DNA from: Ostreococcus lucimarinus
Lineage: Eukaryota
Assembly: GCA_000092065.1 (NCBI GenBank)
Contig: CP000581.1
DNA length: 64,000 nucleotides
Direction: 5' to 3' (one strand)
Below the pieces are notes generated by a model. It did no database searches. It worked only from the letters and a program-made list of their open reading frames with translations, and was not told where the DNA came from. This document shows positions 33,767-43,326 of this stretch, piece after piece. The first letter of the stretch is position 1, and every line of letters begins with the position of its first letter. Position numbers and translations under genes: made by a program.

Positions 33767-33842
33767 GACGCGACCGAGTCTGCAGACGCGGTCGCGGCGA
33801 CGGCGACGGCGACGGCGACGACGGCCGGCGACGGCGCGCGCG

Positions 33843-34853
33843 ATGGCGCACGTCGCGCTCGCGCTCGTCGCGCTCGTCGCGCTCGCGCGCGCGACGACGC
33901 GGGACGAGGGCGAGGCGCTGCGACGCGCGGAGGACGCGCGCGCGGCGGAGCGGCGCGGGCGAACGACGGCGGAGCGCGCGCTGCGCGAGGCGCGCCTGGA
34001 GCTCGAGCGCTGCCGACGAGCGATGGACGCGCGCGGAGGCGCGACGCGAGCGAGGGCGTCGACGTCGCACGAGATGATGGCGATGGGGACGTTCGCGAGC
34101 GCGTTCGATCGAAGGCTGGGGACGCCGCGGCAACCGTCGCTGGTGCCGCTGGCGCGAGGACGCGTCGAACTCGACGCCCGGGTGCCGGCGAGCGCGCTGG
34201 AGGGATTGGACGAGTTCACGCACTGTTGGTTGGTGTACGTGTTTCATGAGAACACGGATCTGGGCGCGGGGGCGGAGAAAAATGGGAAAGTGGGCGCGGC
34301 GGATGGGCCGAAATCGACGCTTCGCGGGAAGATTCGGGTGCCGAGATTGAACGGGGAGAAGCGAGGGTGCTTGGCGACACGAACGCCGCATCGACCGTGT
34401 CCGATAGGACTTAGCTTAGTGCGAATCGTTCGCGTGAATGGGAAATCGTTGGACGTGGCGGGGGCGGACTTAGTGCACGGGACGCCGGTTTTGGACGTAA
34501 AACCATACGTGCCGTACAGCGATTGCGTCGTCGACGCTCGCGCGCCGGAGTGGGTCGGAAACGATCTCGCCGATGGTGACGGACCGTTGACCGTAGATGA
34601 AGTGAAACTTACGGACGCCGGCGAGGCTGCTTTGCGCGCGGCGTGGGAGCGTCGGCGCAAAGATTCACTGTACGAAAGCGCCGACGAATTCGTCGCGTTT
34701 GTGACGCAGGCGCTCGGGCGAGACATTCGGTCGTATCACCAGCGCTTGGGCGATGTTGCGCCAGACACGGATTGGCGCGTAAGTTTAGATGGTGTTATCG
34801 TCGTGTACCGTCAGTCAGCGAAGCGCGTGGTCGTCGTCGGGGCTGAAAACTAG
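33843..34853 (+). CDS. TrmO/YaeB (TsaA-like) domain protein, putative tRNA methyltransferase
   Basis: GTPRQPSLVPLARGRVEL...FTHCWLVYVFHEN...RPCPIGLSLVRIVRVNGKSLDVAGADLVHGTPVLDVKPYVPYSD matches the UPF0066/TrmO fold. The start is uncertain: MAHVALALVALVALA at about 33843, or MTRPSLQ at 33765, which overlaps the bL35 start. Confidence 0.45.
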   Translation: MAHVALALVALVALARATTRDEGEALRRAEDARAAERRGRTTAERALREARLELERCRRAMDARGGATRARASTSHEMMAMGTFASAFDRRLGTPRQPSLVPLARGRVELDARVPASALEGLDEFTHCWLVYVFHENTDLGAGAEKNGKVGAADGPKSTLRGKIRVPRLNGEKRGCLATRTPHRPCPIGLSLVRIVRVNGKSLDVAGADLVHGTPVLDVKPYVPYSDCVVDARAPEWVGNDLADGDGPLTVDEVKLTDAGEAALRAAWERRRKDSLYESADEFVAFVTQALGRDIRSYHQRLGDVAPDTDWRVSLDGVIVVYRQSAKRVVVVGAEN

Positions 34854-34868
34854 TGTTAGAAACTTGTA

Positions 34869-37283
34869 TTACTGCTGCTCTACTTGGCGCCCTTCCGTCG
34901 TCGCGTTGACAAACTTTTTAAATACGACGTTCTCGTCGGCTTTAGTCGGGTTCTTCGAAGAATCCGACGGACTTTCTGCGGTGATTTCTTTTAAGATTTC
35001 ACTGGCTCGTTGCACGGCGCGGCTCGAAGCACCGTCTTGCGTGTTGTTTTGGAGCACCGTCTCGACAGCGCGCTCCGCCTCTTCGTCTGTCACCTTGTTC
35101 GAGGCGGCGACTATCTTTTCAACGATATCTTCCTGACTATCGACGTCTTTGCCCTTGCCCTTCTTCCACGCACGTGGTGCGATATTTATGGGTTCTTTCA
35201 GATTCTTGATGAGTTCATCTTTATTCTCCGTCTCTTCGACCACATTAGTCGCCGCTTGCCACACGGCCTCCGCTCCAGACTTTTTCGCCCCTCGTACCTC
35301 CTCCAACGTTTGCTCGATGATCGTGTCCGTCATTTCTAACCGTTCAGACGCAACCTGTAATCCATCGAGATCGGTGTTGACGTCTTCGGTCAGTTCTAGG
35401 ACGTCCGATGTTTCTTCGAGCGCATCGTCCGTTGCTCGTACTTTCTCAAGCGCCTCATCTGCGCGCTCGTGAACGTCGTCGGAGCTCTCATCAGCCTGGC
35501 TCGCTTCCCCTTCCTCTTCTATATCTCTCAACGTCTCGCGAACCTCGCGTAGGGTATCGCTTACATTTCTGTACGATTCTCTCGCTTTGGCGAATTTCTC
35601 CTTTGCCTCTCGCACGTCCTCTTCGTCGACATCTTTTCGAAACGGATTGAGCGAGTCGAATTCGCGCATCGCCGCTGAACGCGTTTCCTGACTTGAAGCG
35701 AGCGCGAGCGTGGATGTCACATCTTTCACCACGCTCTCGCTTAATTTCGACTCTTCGGAAAGTTGTGAAACAACTCGTTCTACGGCATCGATTCTTCTGA
35801 ATTTCGCCGCCGCGGTGAGAATCCTGTCGTAAACTTGCACCCTCGATCGTACGAATGTTTGAGCGGCGACGAGTCGTTGTATGATGACGACAACCTCAGC
35901 TTCTTCTTTCAAGGACTGCAGTGTGCTTCGTGTACATGCGATACCAATAAATACGCCAAATAGAATTAGCGCGTGCGCGCTGAGACGCACACCGCTCCCG
36001 AGCTGCTGCAGTAGTTTGAAATCATTCATACTTTTCTTCGAGCTCGACGACGGACACGTGCGCAGAAACATCATCCCAGGAAGAATGAATGTAAGTATCG
36101 AGCATGTCGTGCTACCGATGAGACCGAACACGTGTTGAATGTTTGGCACTGAAATGGACACGCGCAAGCAGCTGTAAAGCACGAGAACATCAAACACTAA
36201 TTCGGTGTGTCTTCCCGCCACGCGCGAGAGCGACAGCAAGAGCGAGGGCGATATTTCTCGCAAGGAAATGAAGAGAAGCGGCACGCCGGTGCATATAGCG
36301 CACCCGTACAAGAACCGTACCAACTGCGTGTAAATCCCAAACCATCCACTTTCCGCACCAAAGTTGCGCAAAACGTTACCGTTCACGCTCGACCCGAACG
36401 CCACGTATCCGCACGCGCCGGTGACGATGTAAAAGATCAACAAATGCACCATCGTCTCGTTCGCGATGCCGACGACGCGCGAGGTCGACATCACCGCCGT
36501 GCCCGAACTCTTCAACGCTGGAAACACCATCACGTGCGCCGCAAAATTAAATACCATGATCGGTAGCACCAGACCCAGCCCGCTCGCGTCCCACGTCTTC
36601 GACGCGCTCGATTTCCCGTCGCCGAGCGCCAACCGTCGCGCCGCGAGCGTCACCAAACACAATCCAAACAACCCCGTCGTCGCCAACCCGAACCCCACCA
36701 CTTTTTCGAGTCTTTTTTGACTCTTCACGAACGTCGCCAACGGCAAAAACACCCCAAACGTCACCCCCGCCATGACGCGTTCGCGATTCACCTCCACCCC
36801 AGCCGGCAGCACGCCGCTCGACGCCGCCGTGAAGAAATTATCCCCCACGATGTTTACGTACGCCACCACCACCCCGACCAACAGCGCGGCGATGCTATAC
36901 TTCGCGACGATCCTCCCTCGTCGTCCCAGCGTCGCGCTCGTCAAATCTTCGTACGACCACGCGCCGTGCGCGTTCGCGCAGTACAACATTTGCTCGAGCG
37001 ACAGCGCGCACGCCAGGCACGCCCCCGCGCTCGTCGCCGTCGTCAGCGCCAATCCGCACGCCGCGAAGCACGACGGCACCGCGAGCGCGCCGCTGCCGAG
37101 CATCGAGTTCAGGAGGCTCTTCGAGCTCGCGCGCGACGACGACGACGGCGCGAACGCGCGACGACGCGCCGCGCTCGAGCTCAGAATCTCATCTTGCGTC
37201 CGCCGCGGCGTCGAGCGCGCGCGCGCCGCGGCGTCGAGCGCGCTCGCGCTCGCGCGGGCGACCGCGCGCGCGGGGTCGCGCAT
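34869..37283 (-). CDS. amino-acid transporter (Aa_trans/SLC38/AVT-like), about 11 TM, with a roughly 330-aa acidic coiled-coil C-terminal extension
   Basis: ATG start. N-terminus SLLNSMLGSGALAVPSCFAACGL is the Aa_trans signature. Multiple TM helices through about aa 470, then an E/D/K-rich helical tail to the stop. Confidence 0.6.
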   Translation of the reverse strand: MRDPARAVARASASALDAAARARSTPRRTQDEILSSSAARRRAFAPSSSSRASSKSLLNSMLGSGALAVPSCFAACGLALTTATSAGACLACALSLEQMLYCANAHGAWSYEDLTSATLGRRGRIVAKYSIAALLVGVVVAYVNIVGDNFFTAASSGVLPAGVEVNRERVMAGVTFGVFLPLATFVKSQKRLEKVVGFGLATTGLFGLCLVTLAARRLALGDGKSSASKTWDASGLGLVLPIMVFNFAAHVMVFPALKSSGTAVMSTSRVVGIANETMVHLLIFYIVTGACGYVAFGSSVNGNVLRNFGAESGWFGIYTQLVRFLYGCAICTGVPLLFISLREISPSLLLSLSRVAGRHTELVFDVLVLYSCLRVSISVPNIQHVFGLIGSTTCSILTFILPGMMFLRTCPSSSSKKSMNDFKLLQQLGSGVRLSAHALILFGVFIGIACTRSTLQSLKEEAEVVVIIQRLVAAQTFVRSRVQVYDRILTAAAKFRRIDAVERVVSQLSEESKLSESVVKDVTSTLALASSQETRSAAMREFDSLNPFRKDVDEEDVREAKEKFAKARESYRNVSDTLREVRETLRDIEEEGEASQADESSDDVHERADEALEKVRATDDALEETSDVLELTEDVNTDLDGLQVASERLEMTDTIIEQTLEEVRGAKKSGAEAVWQAATNVVEETENKDELIKNLKEPINIAPRAWKKGKGKDVDSQEDIVEKIVAASNKVTDEEAERAVETVLQNNTQDGASSRAVQRASEILKEITAESPSDSSKNPTKADENVVFKKFVNATTEGRQVEQQ

Positions 37284-37382
37284 GGCGCGCGCGACGACGC
37301 GGCGCGCGGCGCCGTGTGCCGACGCGCGGGGCCGTTATCGTTCAAAGCGACCGGCGACGCGGCAGAGCGCGACGCGCGCGCG

Positions 37383-40300
37383 ATGCGGCGCGCGACGCCG
37401 CGCGCGCGCGAGCGTCGAGCGGCGCGCGTCGAGCGAGACGCGACGTCGAGCGACGACGACGACGACGACGACGCGCCGCGAGTGGACGATTTGTTGGTGC
37501 CGTCGTCGAGCGACGACGAAGACGAAGACGAAGGCGACGACGACGGCGGCGAGACGACGCGCGAGGCGACGCGCGACGTCGGAACGATGCCGCTGTCGCT
37601 GTCGCGATCGATCGGGGACGCGAGCGACGCGGCGGTGCGAGTGCTCGTGCGACGAGTGTCGAGACGCGCGGAGGCGTCGGCGGCGGACGAAGACGACGAG
37701 GACGACGCGAGCGCGGACGACGCGAACGAGGACGAGAGCGAAGAGGATGGTTTAGCGATCGCGGCGATGCGCGAGGCGAGGTTGCTCGCCGGAGAGCGAG
37801 GGAAGAGCGAGGTGGGGACGTCGACGGCGGACGACGCGCGAGACGAGGCGAGACGAGCGCTTCGCGCGCTGCGAGCTCGAACGGAAAAGAATAGGACGGT
37901 GGGGACGGCGGCGAGCGCGGGTGGGGTGGTAGATTTAGTGAATGTGGAGAGAGTGACGAACGCTATGATGGATACCGTCGACGCGGGGAGGGCGATGTGT
38001 TGCGCGCTGGGTCCCGGAGAACGCGTCGCCGTGGGAACGGAGGGCGGTTTTATTTTTCTCGAACGCGGCGTGAACGATGAGCGGACGGTTTCGTGCCTGA
38101 AATCGGCGAATACTTTTGCTGGAATTTCAGCCACGCCCGGGGTGACGAGTTTGTGCTTCGATGAAAGGGGTGAGTGGCTCTTGGTGGGACACGACGACGG
38201 CGGTCTCACGCTGTGGGATATCAAGCGCACGCCGACGATTTTGAAAACAATCGTCGGCGCGCATCGAACGCCCGTGATAGCGCTCGTAATGCTTTCAAAA
38301 GTGGAGTCAAACGGTGTTGTTGACGTGATATCGTCCGAGGAGGGTGGCCTCGTCATTCATCACACGCTTTCGCCTCTCGGAATGGGTGTCGTTCGAGTCA
38401 AATCGGCGTCGCTCGGCGAGCGGACGTTCGTGATAGCGGCGCACGCGCTGCCTCGAGTCGGCTCGGTGAGTGTATCAGATATTAACGCCCATGATAATGG
38501 TATCATCAGTCCTACGTACGGTGAAACGCTGAGCGCAGCGAAGAATATTGCAGACGCCGCAGGCGTTGCGGCGTTGTGCACGATGAACGCCGTGCTCATC
38601 ATGCGACTCAATCCACGAGCTGAGGTCATCGCAAAGATCGTTCGGCCGCCAAACATCGCGGCTACCGTGCTACCTGTGATGTGTTGGAGCCCGAGGTGGG
38701 CGGATGAAGTCACTACGCATGACAACGTAGAAGAATGCAATCTTGTCGTGGTATGGGGCGCGAGCGTGTACGTGCTCTCCGTCGACGTTGAATCGATCAA
38801 GCGATCGCCTGGAGAAAATGAACGAACTAAACGCGCCGCAAATACATCGCGTATCCTGAATTCGTGGAGCATCGATCCAGAAGGCGTCGTTGCGAGTGCG
38901 ATGGCGACGGCTTGGCTGTCGCAAGACTTGATTTGTGTCCTTAGTAGCCGAAACAAGCTATTTGTTTACACGTCTCATGGGCAGCTCATAGAACGTGTTG
39001 CGACGAGCGAGCCTCCGATTGCTCGTGAAATTGTACAAGCCACCGCGAGCCATGACGCTGTTTTCGAGCGTTTGCCATATTGGCATGGATCTGTCGCCGT
39101 GCGCGGCGTTCATTTCGCTATGCTATCACCTTCGAGATTACGACGCGGCAAATTTTTCGGTTGGTTCGAGCGAATGCAAGCAAAGAAGGCGGAAGGCAAC
39201 TGGGTTGGTACTTTGAACACGCTTATTGAAGTCGCATCGGATGAGCTGCCGTTGTGGCCGAGCTTGTCGAAAAAGTATGCAGATCCGGAGACTACCCGGG
39301 AAAGGGCGGTGCAAGCGTTTGTCGACGTAGTCCCACAGTTCCTTGATGAATCTTTGAACAAACGTGGTATCGACTCTGACGATGCTGCGTATTTCGAACT
39401 AATAACAAGTGTCGTTTTCGGTCTGTTGCTTGCGTTTAACGCACTGAATCAAGTGTATGCGCCGGTGGTATTCGGTGCCTTCCTAAACTCAAAATGCAAA
39501 GCGGCGTTTTTGAAAGGCATGGTGCCCCATATCTTATCGGACAAGTTGCGTTCGTTACCTGCAGAAGTGATGCAAGCGCTCGTGGAGCACTATGCTGCGC
39601 TTGATGCGGCAAATGTGATTGAACAGTGCGTTCTGCATATGGATGTAGAATCGCTTGATTTGAATCAAGTCGCTCGACTCTGCAAACATCATGGCATGTA
39701 CAGCGCGCTCGCGCACGTGTTCACGAGAGCTTTAAATGATTTCATCACACCGGTCGAAGCCATGTTTCAAGCCTCGCTGGAGCCCAAGTTTGGTGATAAA
39801 GCTCGCGTTCGACAGGTCTTGCTGTTTATTTTCAAGACTATTCAAGGCGAACAGTTTCCAACAAACGGTTGTAGATTGTCGAGCGAAATCGTTAGTCAGT
39901 TTCGAATGGAGGTGATGAAATTTCTGTTTGAGCCAGTCGATCTTAATGTGTTTACAATGAGCACGCATGATTCCGAGTCAAGTTTGAGTACCACGTGGAA
40001 CGCAGCGATGGCGCTCGCCGTACGAGAAGACGATTCATCATGTCCACCATTGCGTCTTTTGTATCTTCTTCTTGCCGAACCCAAAGCCTCGACTGTTGTG
40101 CTGACGGAAATTTTGAAAGACTGGGACGCAAGTGAGAGCGAAATACTCGCCATAGATGGCCTTCCAACCGATCGCATGGGATCTCAGGTTATTGTTGAAG
40201 CCGTGGTTTTCGCCGCCGGTGCGTGTGGTCCCGTAAATTCAGCTCCAACTCGTTCAAGACTTCTCACGTTTGCCGCAAGCATCGTCGGTACCGGCCGCGC

Positions 40301-41678
40301 CACAGTGACGCAGCAAGTTGAACGGGAGCTCTTGGAAACTTTGGCGCTCGCGAAGACGAAACATGACGTCATAGAAAGAGAGAAGGCGATGGTATCCATC
40401 ATCGGACGGCGCATAGACGAAGATATTACGTTGAATGACGAGTGTCAAATCCTCAATCTCGCGCGAGAAGCACATTTTGCTCAAGCCGAAGCCGTGATAT
40501 ACATCGCATCTGGTGATCATATCAACGCTTTGAAGGCGCTCGCCGGTGATGAGCACCGGAGAAACGCTGCTGTACATTATGTAGACGTGTGCCTTGGTAA
40601 ATCAGGTCCAGGCATCGTGCATGCAGAGCAAATGAACGCTGGACCAGCGGTGGCACGAGCGCATCCACTCGACACCGAGAGCGCCAAGGTCTTTCAAAAC
40701 GAGCTCCTTGCGATCATGCCCGTCGTCGCCGCTAAATCCGCTGATGTATGCGCTCGTATTGCAATCGCGTACTTCCCACACGCACAAGCTGAAGTTCTGA
40801 ACGCACTATCATCGGAGCCTGTCTTGCAGTTTCAATACCTGCGACAAGTTCTCGAAGCCGTGCACGAAGTTAAAGACGGCGTCGGCAGCCCTCACGACAT
40901 GAGTCTCGTGGACTTGGTGTCGGCGACAAAATCCGTCGTAACGACGGAAATGGCTGAGTTGTACTTTCGACTCATGTGTCAATTCGAACCACAAGATGTG
41001 TTGAAGTACTTAAAAAGTGAAGACGTGAAGAGTTTAGACGAAGCTCGGTGCCTTGAATACTGCCGAGAGTTCAACGTCATGGATGCTACGGCCTACTTGC
41101 TCGAGGCTGCGGGTAACTACAACGAAGCGCTCAGTATTCATCTATGCAACTACTCCACTGGTATTCGCGCGATGGCGCAGCTCTTCACGACGAGTGGGGC
41201 AGAGTGGACAAAGACTGCGCCCGCGGAGAGTTTGATGAAGGGATTCGTCATCGAGACAAACGAAGCTTTACATGTAGCCGTCGGGATGTGTAGACGCGTC
41301 TCGAGCGAAGTATCAAATAGTGAAGAAATGTGGTGGTCTTGCCTCGATAGTGTGTTCCGTTCGTTGTTAGAGCTCACGGATGGCGCTTACAAGAGAGTGC
41401 GCGATGTTCTTGACGAACACTTGGAAGATGTTTTACGAGTGATGCTCGGACGTGTAGATAACGCGCATCTTTTGGAGATGATTATCAGCCGCTACGGCGG
41501 TAGAGATATCTCCGAACTTAGAAAATTACTCACACGCGTTTTCGGAAATTGCGCACTCGAGAGAGAGTTCTTAAAATCAGAGGGATCTAGCGTTAAGCAA
41601 GAGGCAGATAAAAAAGTTCTCGAGGATTTCCAAATTCGTCGCCGCGCTCAACGAGGGACGCGGCGCACGGTTCGATAG
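37383..41678 (+). CDS. VPS8: vacuolar protein sorting-associated protein 8 (CORVET subunit) homolog
   Basis: N-terminal WD40 region (LLVGHDDGGLTLWDI). Vps8 central-domain signature LCKHHGMYSALAHVFTRALNDFITPVEAMF. Long alpha-solenoid. No C-terminal RING is visible. Start at internal ATG MRRATPRARE; the upstream part of the listed ORF is antisense to the transporter. Confidence 0.55.
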   Translation: MRRATPRARERRAARVERDATSSDDDDDDDAPRVDDLLVPSSSDDEDEDEGDDDGGETTREATRDVGTMPLSLSRSIGDASDAAVRVLVRRVSRRAEASAADEDDEDDASADDANEDESEEDGLAIAAMREARLLAGERGKSEVGTSTADDARDEARRALRALRARTEKNRTVGTAASAGGVVDLVNVERVTNAMMDTVDAGRAMCCALGPGERVAVGTEGGFIFLERGVNDERTVSCLKSANTFAGISATPGVTSLCFDERGEWLLVGHDDGGLTLWDIKRTPTILKTIVGAHRTPVIALVMLSKVESNGVVDVISSEEGGLVIHHTLSPLGMGVVRVKSASLGERTFVIAAHALPRVGSVSVSDINAHDNGIISPTYGETLSAAKNIADAAGVAALCTMNAVLIMRLNPRAEVIAKIVRPPNIAATVLPVMCWSPRWADEVTTHDNVEECNLVVVWGASVYVLSVDVESIKRSPGENERTKRAANTSRILNSWSIDPEGVVASAMATAWLSQDLICVLSSRNKLFVYTSHGQLIERVATSEPPIAREIVQATASHDAVFERLPYWHGSVAVRGVHFAMLSPSRLRRGKFFGWFERMQAKKAEGNWVGTLNTLIEVASDELPLWPSLSKKYADPETTRERAVQAFVDVVPQFLDESLNKRGIDSDDAAYFELITSVVFGLLLAFNALNQVYAPVVFGAFLNSKCKAAFLKGMVPHILSDKLRSLPAEVMQALVEHYAALDAANVIEQCVLHMDVESLDLNQVARLCKHHGMYSALAHVFTRALNDFITPVEAMFQASLEPKFGDKARVRQVLLFIFKTIQGEQFPTNGCRLSSEIVSQFRMEVMKFLFEPVDLNVFTMSTHDSESSLSTTWNAAMALAVREDDSSCPPLRLLYLLLAEPKASTVVLTEILKDWDASESEILAIDGLPTDRMGSQVIVEAVVFAAGACGPVNSAPTRSRLLTFAASIVGTGRATVTQQVERELLETLALAKTKHDVIEREKAMVSIIGRRIDEDITLNDECQILNLAREAHFAQAEAVIYIASGDHINALKALAGDEHRRNAAVHYVDVCLGKSGPGIVHAEQMNAGPAVARAHPLDTESAKVFQNELLAIMPVVAAKSADVCARIAIAYFPHAQAEVLNALSSEPVLQFQYLRQVLEAVHEVKDGVGSPHDMSLVDLVSATKSVVTTEMAELYFRLMCQFEPQDVLKYLKSEDVKSLDEARCLEYCREFNVMDATAYLLEAAGNYNEALSIHLCNYSTGIRAMAQLFTTSGAEWTKTAPAESLMKGFVIETNEALHVAVGMCRRVSSEVSNSEEMWWSCLDSVFRSLLELTDGAYKRVRDVLDEHLEDVLRVMLGRVDNAHLLEMIISRYGGRDISELRKLLTRVFGNCALEREFLKSEGSSVKQEADKKVLEDFQIRRRAQRGTRRTVR

Positions 41679-41740
41679 CTAGTTTAGGAAAATCAGAAAA
41701 GTAAAAACAAATTGCTAACATTGCTAAAGCTCGACGCGTT

Positions 41741-43024
41741 TCAATCTCCTGTTTCTTGGCGAACAAGCTTGCCAGACGGTGTTTCTGTGTAGTCGACGAC
41801 CACGTCCCCTGTTGGAATGTCAACCATCGATCGCGAGCGATGCAACCCGTTTTCAGATTCCGTATCTTCGTCAAACGACAGGCGTGGGGGCTTCCAGCCA
41901 TCTTTCACCGCCTTCGTTAAAGGTGGAACGAAGTCTTTCTTGCGGCTCACCAGGCCCGGAAGTTTCAGCATCGTTCCATCGTTCTCGAGCACTCCACTGT
42001 ACGCCGCCACGGCGAGCGAGGCCTCGACGCGTCCGCAGATCAGCAGTGTGGACGTGAGGTTGACAATGTCGACGATAGCTAGAAGCATGGCTTTCGTGGA
42101 TGGCGTCACCAACTTTACGGCGCGCATTTCCGGAAGTATATCCGCCGCTCGCGAGAGCGATGCGTCCGCATCCGTCGTCTCGATGACCGAATACGCCACC
42201 TCGTACGTCTCCTGATCACCAGTGAACTTGAACTGCTTCATATCACCGTTCACGAGTGCATACGGTGTCATCAGACTCAGCGACTGACTCTTCGCGCGAA
42301 ACTGTCGGGCTGCGAGCTCGTTCACATCCTGGACCTCTAAGTACTGCACCAGCATCGTCACGACGCGCTCATCCCACGTCGTCGTCGTTGGAGACTTCAA
42401 GTTTAGCGTGTCACTCAAAATCGCGCTAAGCAACATTCCGGCTATGTGTTTGGGCAAAAACTTCCCTTGTACCGCGTGATTATGCGCGATGATGGACGAC
42501 ATGCACCCCCACGGTCGAATGTCGACGAAAATCGGTCGCTCAGTCACGATGGTGTTCGACTGCAGCGCGTGATGATCGATAATCCCCACGATGTTCCCCA
42601 TCGGAATCGCCGGGTTCAACTGCGACTGCTGCTGAAAATCAACCAAGCAGACGTTCCTATCCGGTCGTTCCGCTAAAAGTGTCTCCACGGGTTCGGGCAG
42701 CGTCGCGCCCCACGTATCCAGCGCGAATCGCGTCTCCGTGTTCACGGCGCTCGCGACCGCCGCGCTCCCTCCGTACAGATTCGCCGCCCCGATCGCCCCC
42801 GCGACGGAATCTAAATCTGTCACCAAGTGTCCGACGAATATCGCGTCGTCCAGGCTCGGAAAGAACGCGTTCGTCTCCCCCTCGCGCGTCGGCAGGTGCG
42901 CCAGGAGTTTTTCAGCCTCCGCCCAGTTCGCGTCGACCGCGTGCTCCAGCGTCGTCTCTTCGCGCGCGCTGTACGTCTCCCGCCGCTCGCGCTTCAGCGT
43001 CATCTTCATCGACGCGATCGCGAC
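41741..43024 (-). CDS. ppaC: family II (DHH/DHHA2, Mn-dependent) inorganic pyrophosphatase-like protein
   Basis: IFVGHLVTDLDSVAGAIGAANLY (motif I/II), IIDHHAL (DHH), LSAILSDTLNLKSPTTT (DHHA2). Start set at ATG MKMTLKRERRE. The open frame continues upstream through a hydrophobic stretch AAWACVVAVAIA with no ATG, so the 5' end is uncertain. Confidence 0.5.
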   Translation of the reverse strand, partial: VAIASMKMTLKRERRETYSAREETTLEHAVDANWAEAEKLLAHLPTREGETNAFFPSLDDAIFVGHLVTDLDSVAGAIGAANLYGGSAAVASAVNTETRFALDTWGATLPEPVETLLAERPDRNVCLVDFQQQSQLNPAIPMGNIVGIIDHHALQSNTIVTERPIFVDIRPWGCMSSIIAHNHAVQGKFLPKHIAGMLLSAILSDTLNLKSPTTTTWDERVVTMLVQYLEVQDVNELAARQFRAKSQSLSLMTPYALVNGDMKQFKFTGDQETYEVAYSVIETTDADASLSRAADILPEMRAVKLVTPSTKAMLLAIVDIVNLTSTLLICGRVEASLAVAAYSGVLENDGTMLKLPGLVSRKKDFVPPLTKAVKDGWKPPRLSFDEDTESENGLHRSRSMVDIPTGDVVVDYTETPSGKLVRQETGD

Positions 43025-43267
43025 CGCGACGACGCACGCCCACGCCGCCGTTCGGCGCGGCGTCGCCGGTCGCGCGCGCGGTGTCGTAACCGCCTCGACG
43101 CTCGCGTCGGCGCGCGCGCGAGCGCGTCGCGCGCGCGAGCGCGTCGCCGTCGTCCGCGACGACGCGGCGATGACGCGTCGCGCCTCGCTCGCGCGCGCTC
43201 GAGGCGCGCGCGCGTCGCGATGTCGCGTCGTCGCCGTCCGTCGCCGCGCGTCGTCGAGCGATGCATC

Positions 43268-43290
43268 GGTCGATCGATCGATCGATCGAT
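43268..43290. repeat. (CGAT)5 tetranucleotide microsatellite in a divergent promoter region
   Basis: cggtcgatcgatcgatcgatcgatgg. Confidence 0.7.
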
Positions 43291-43326
43291 GGACGCGCGC
43301 CAGACGACGACGCGCGATGAGCCGCG

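Noticed and set aside
33314-34249. 311-aa plus-strand Arg-rich ORF and 33453-34391 minus ORF
   Set aside because: Alternative frames over the bL35/TrmO locus made of RRRR/GDGDGD repeats from the hexanucleotide microsatellite. Not credible proteins.
36717-37382. N-terminal 220 codons of the 1653-aa Vps8 ORF
   Set aside because: This part is antisense to the amino-acid transporter TM region. Vps8-like sequence starts only after the MRRATPRARE ATG.
42738-43326. 5' 196 codons of the 518-aa Vps26-like ORF and the overlapping 42827-43354 ORF
   Set aside because: Open GC-rich frame antisense to the PPase gene. Recognisable Vps26 homology begins at the MSRVDVFLESS ATG (43327).
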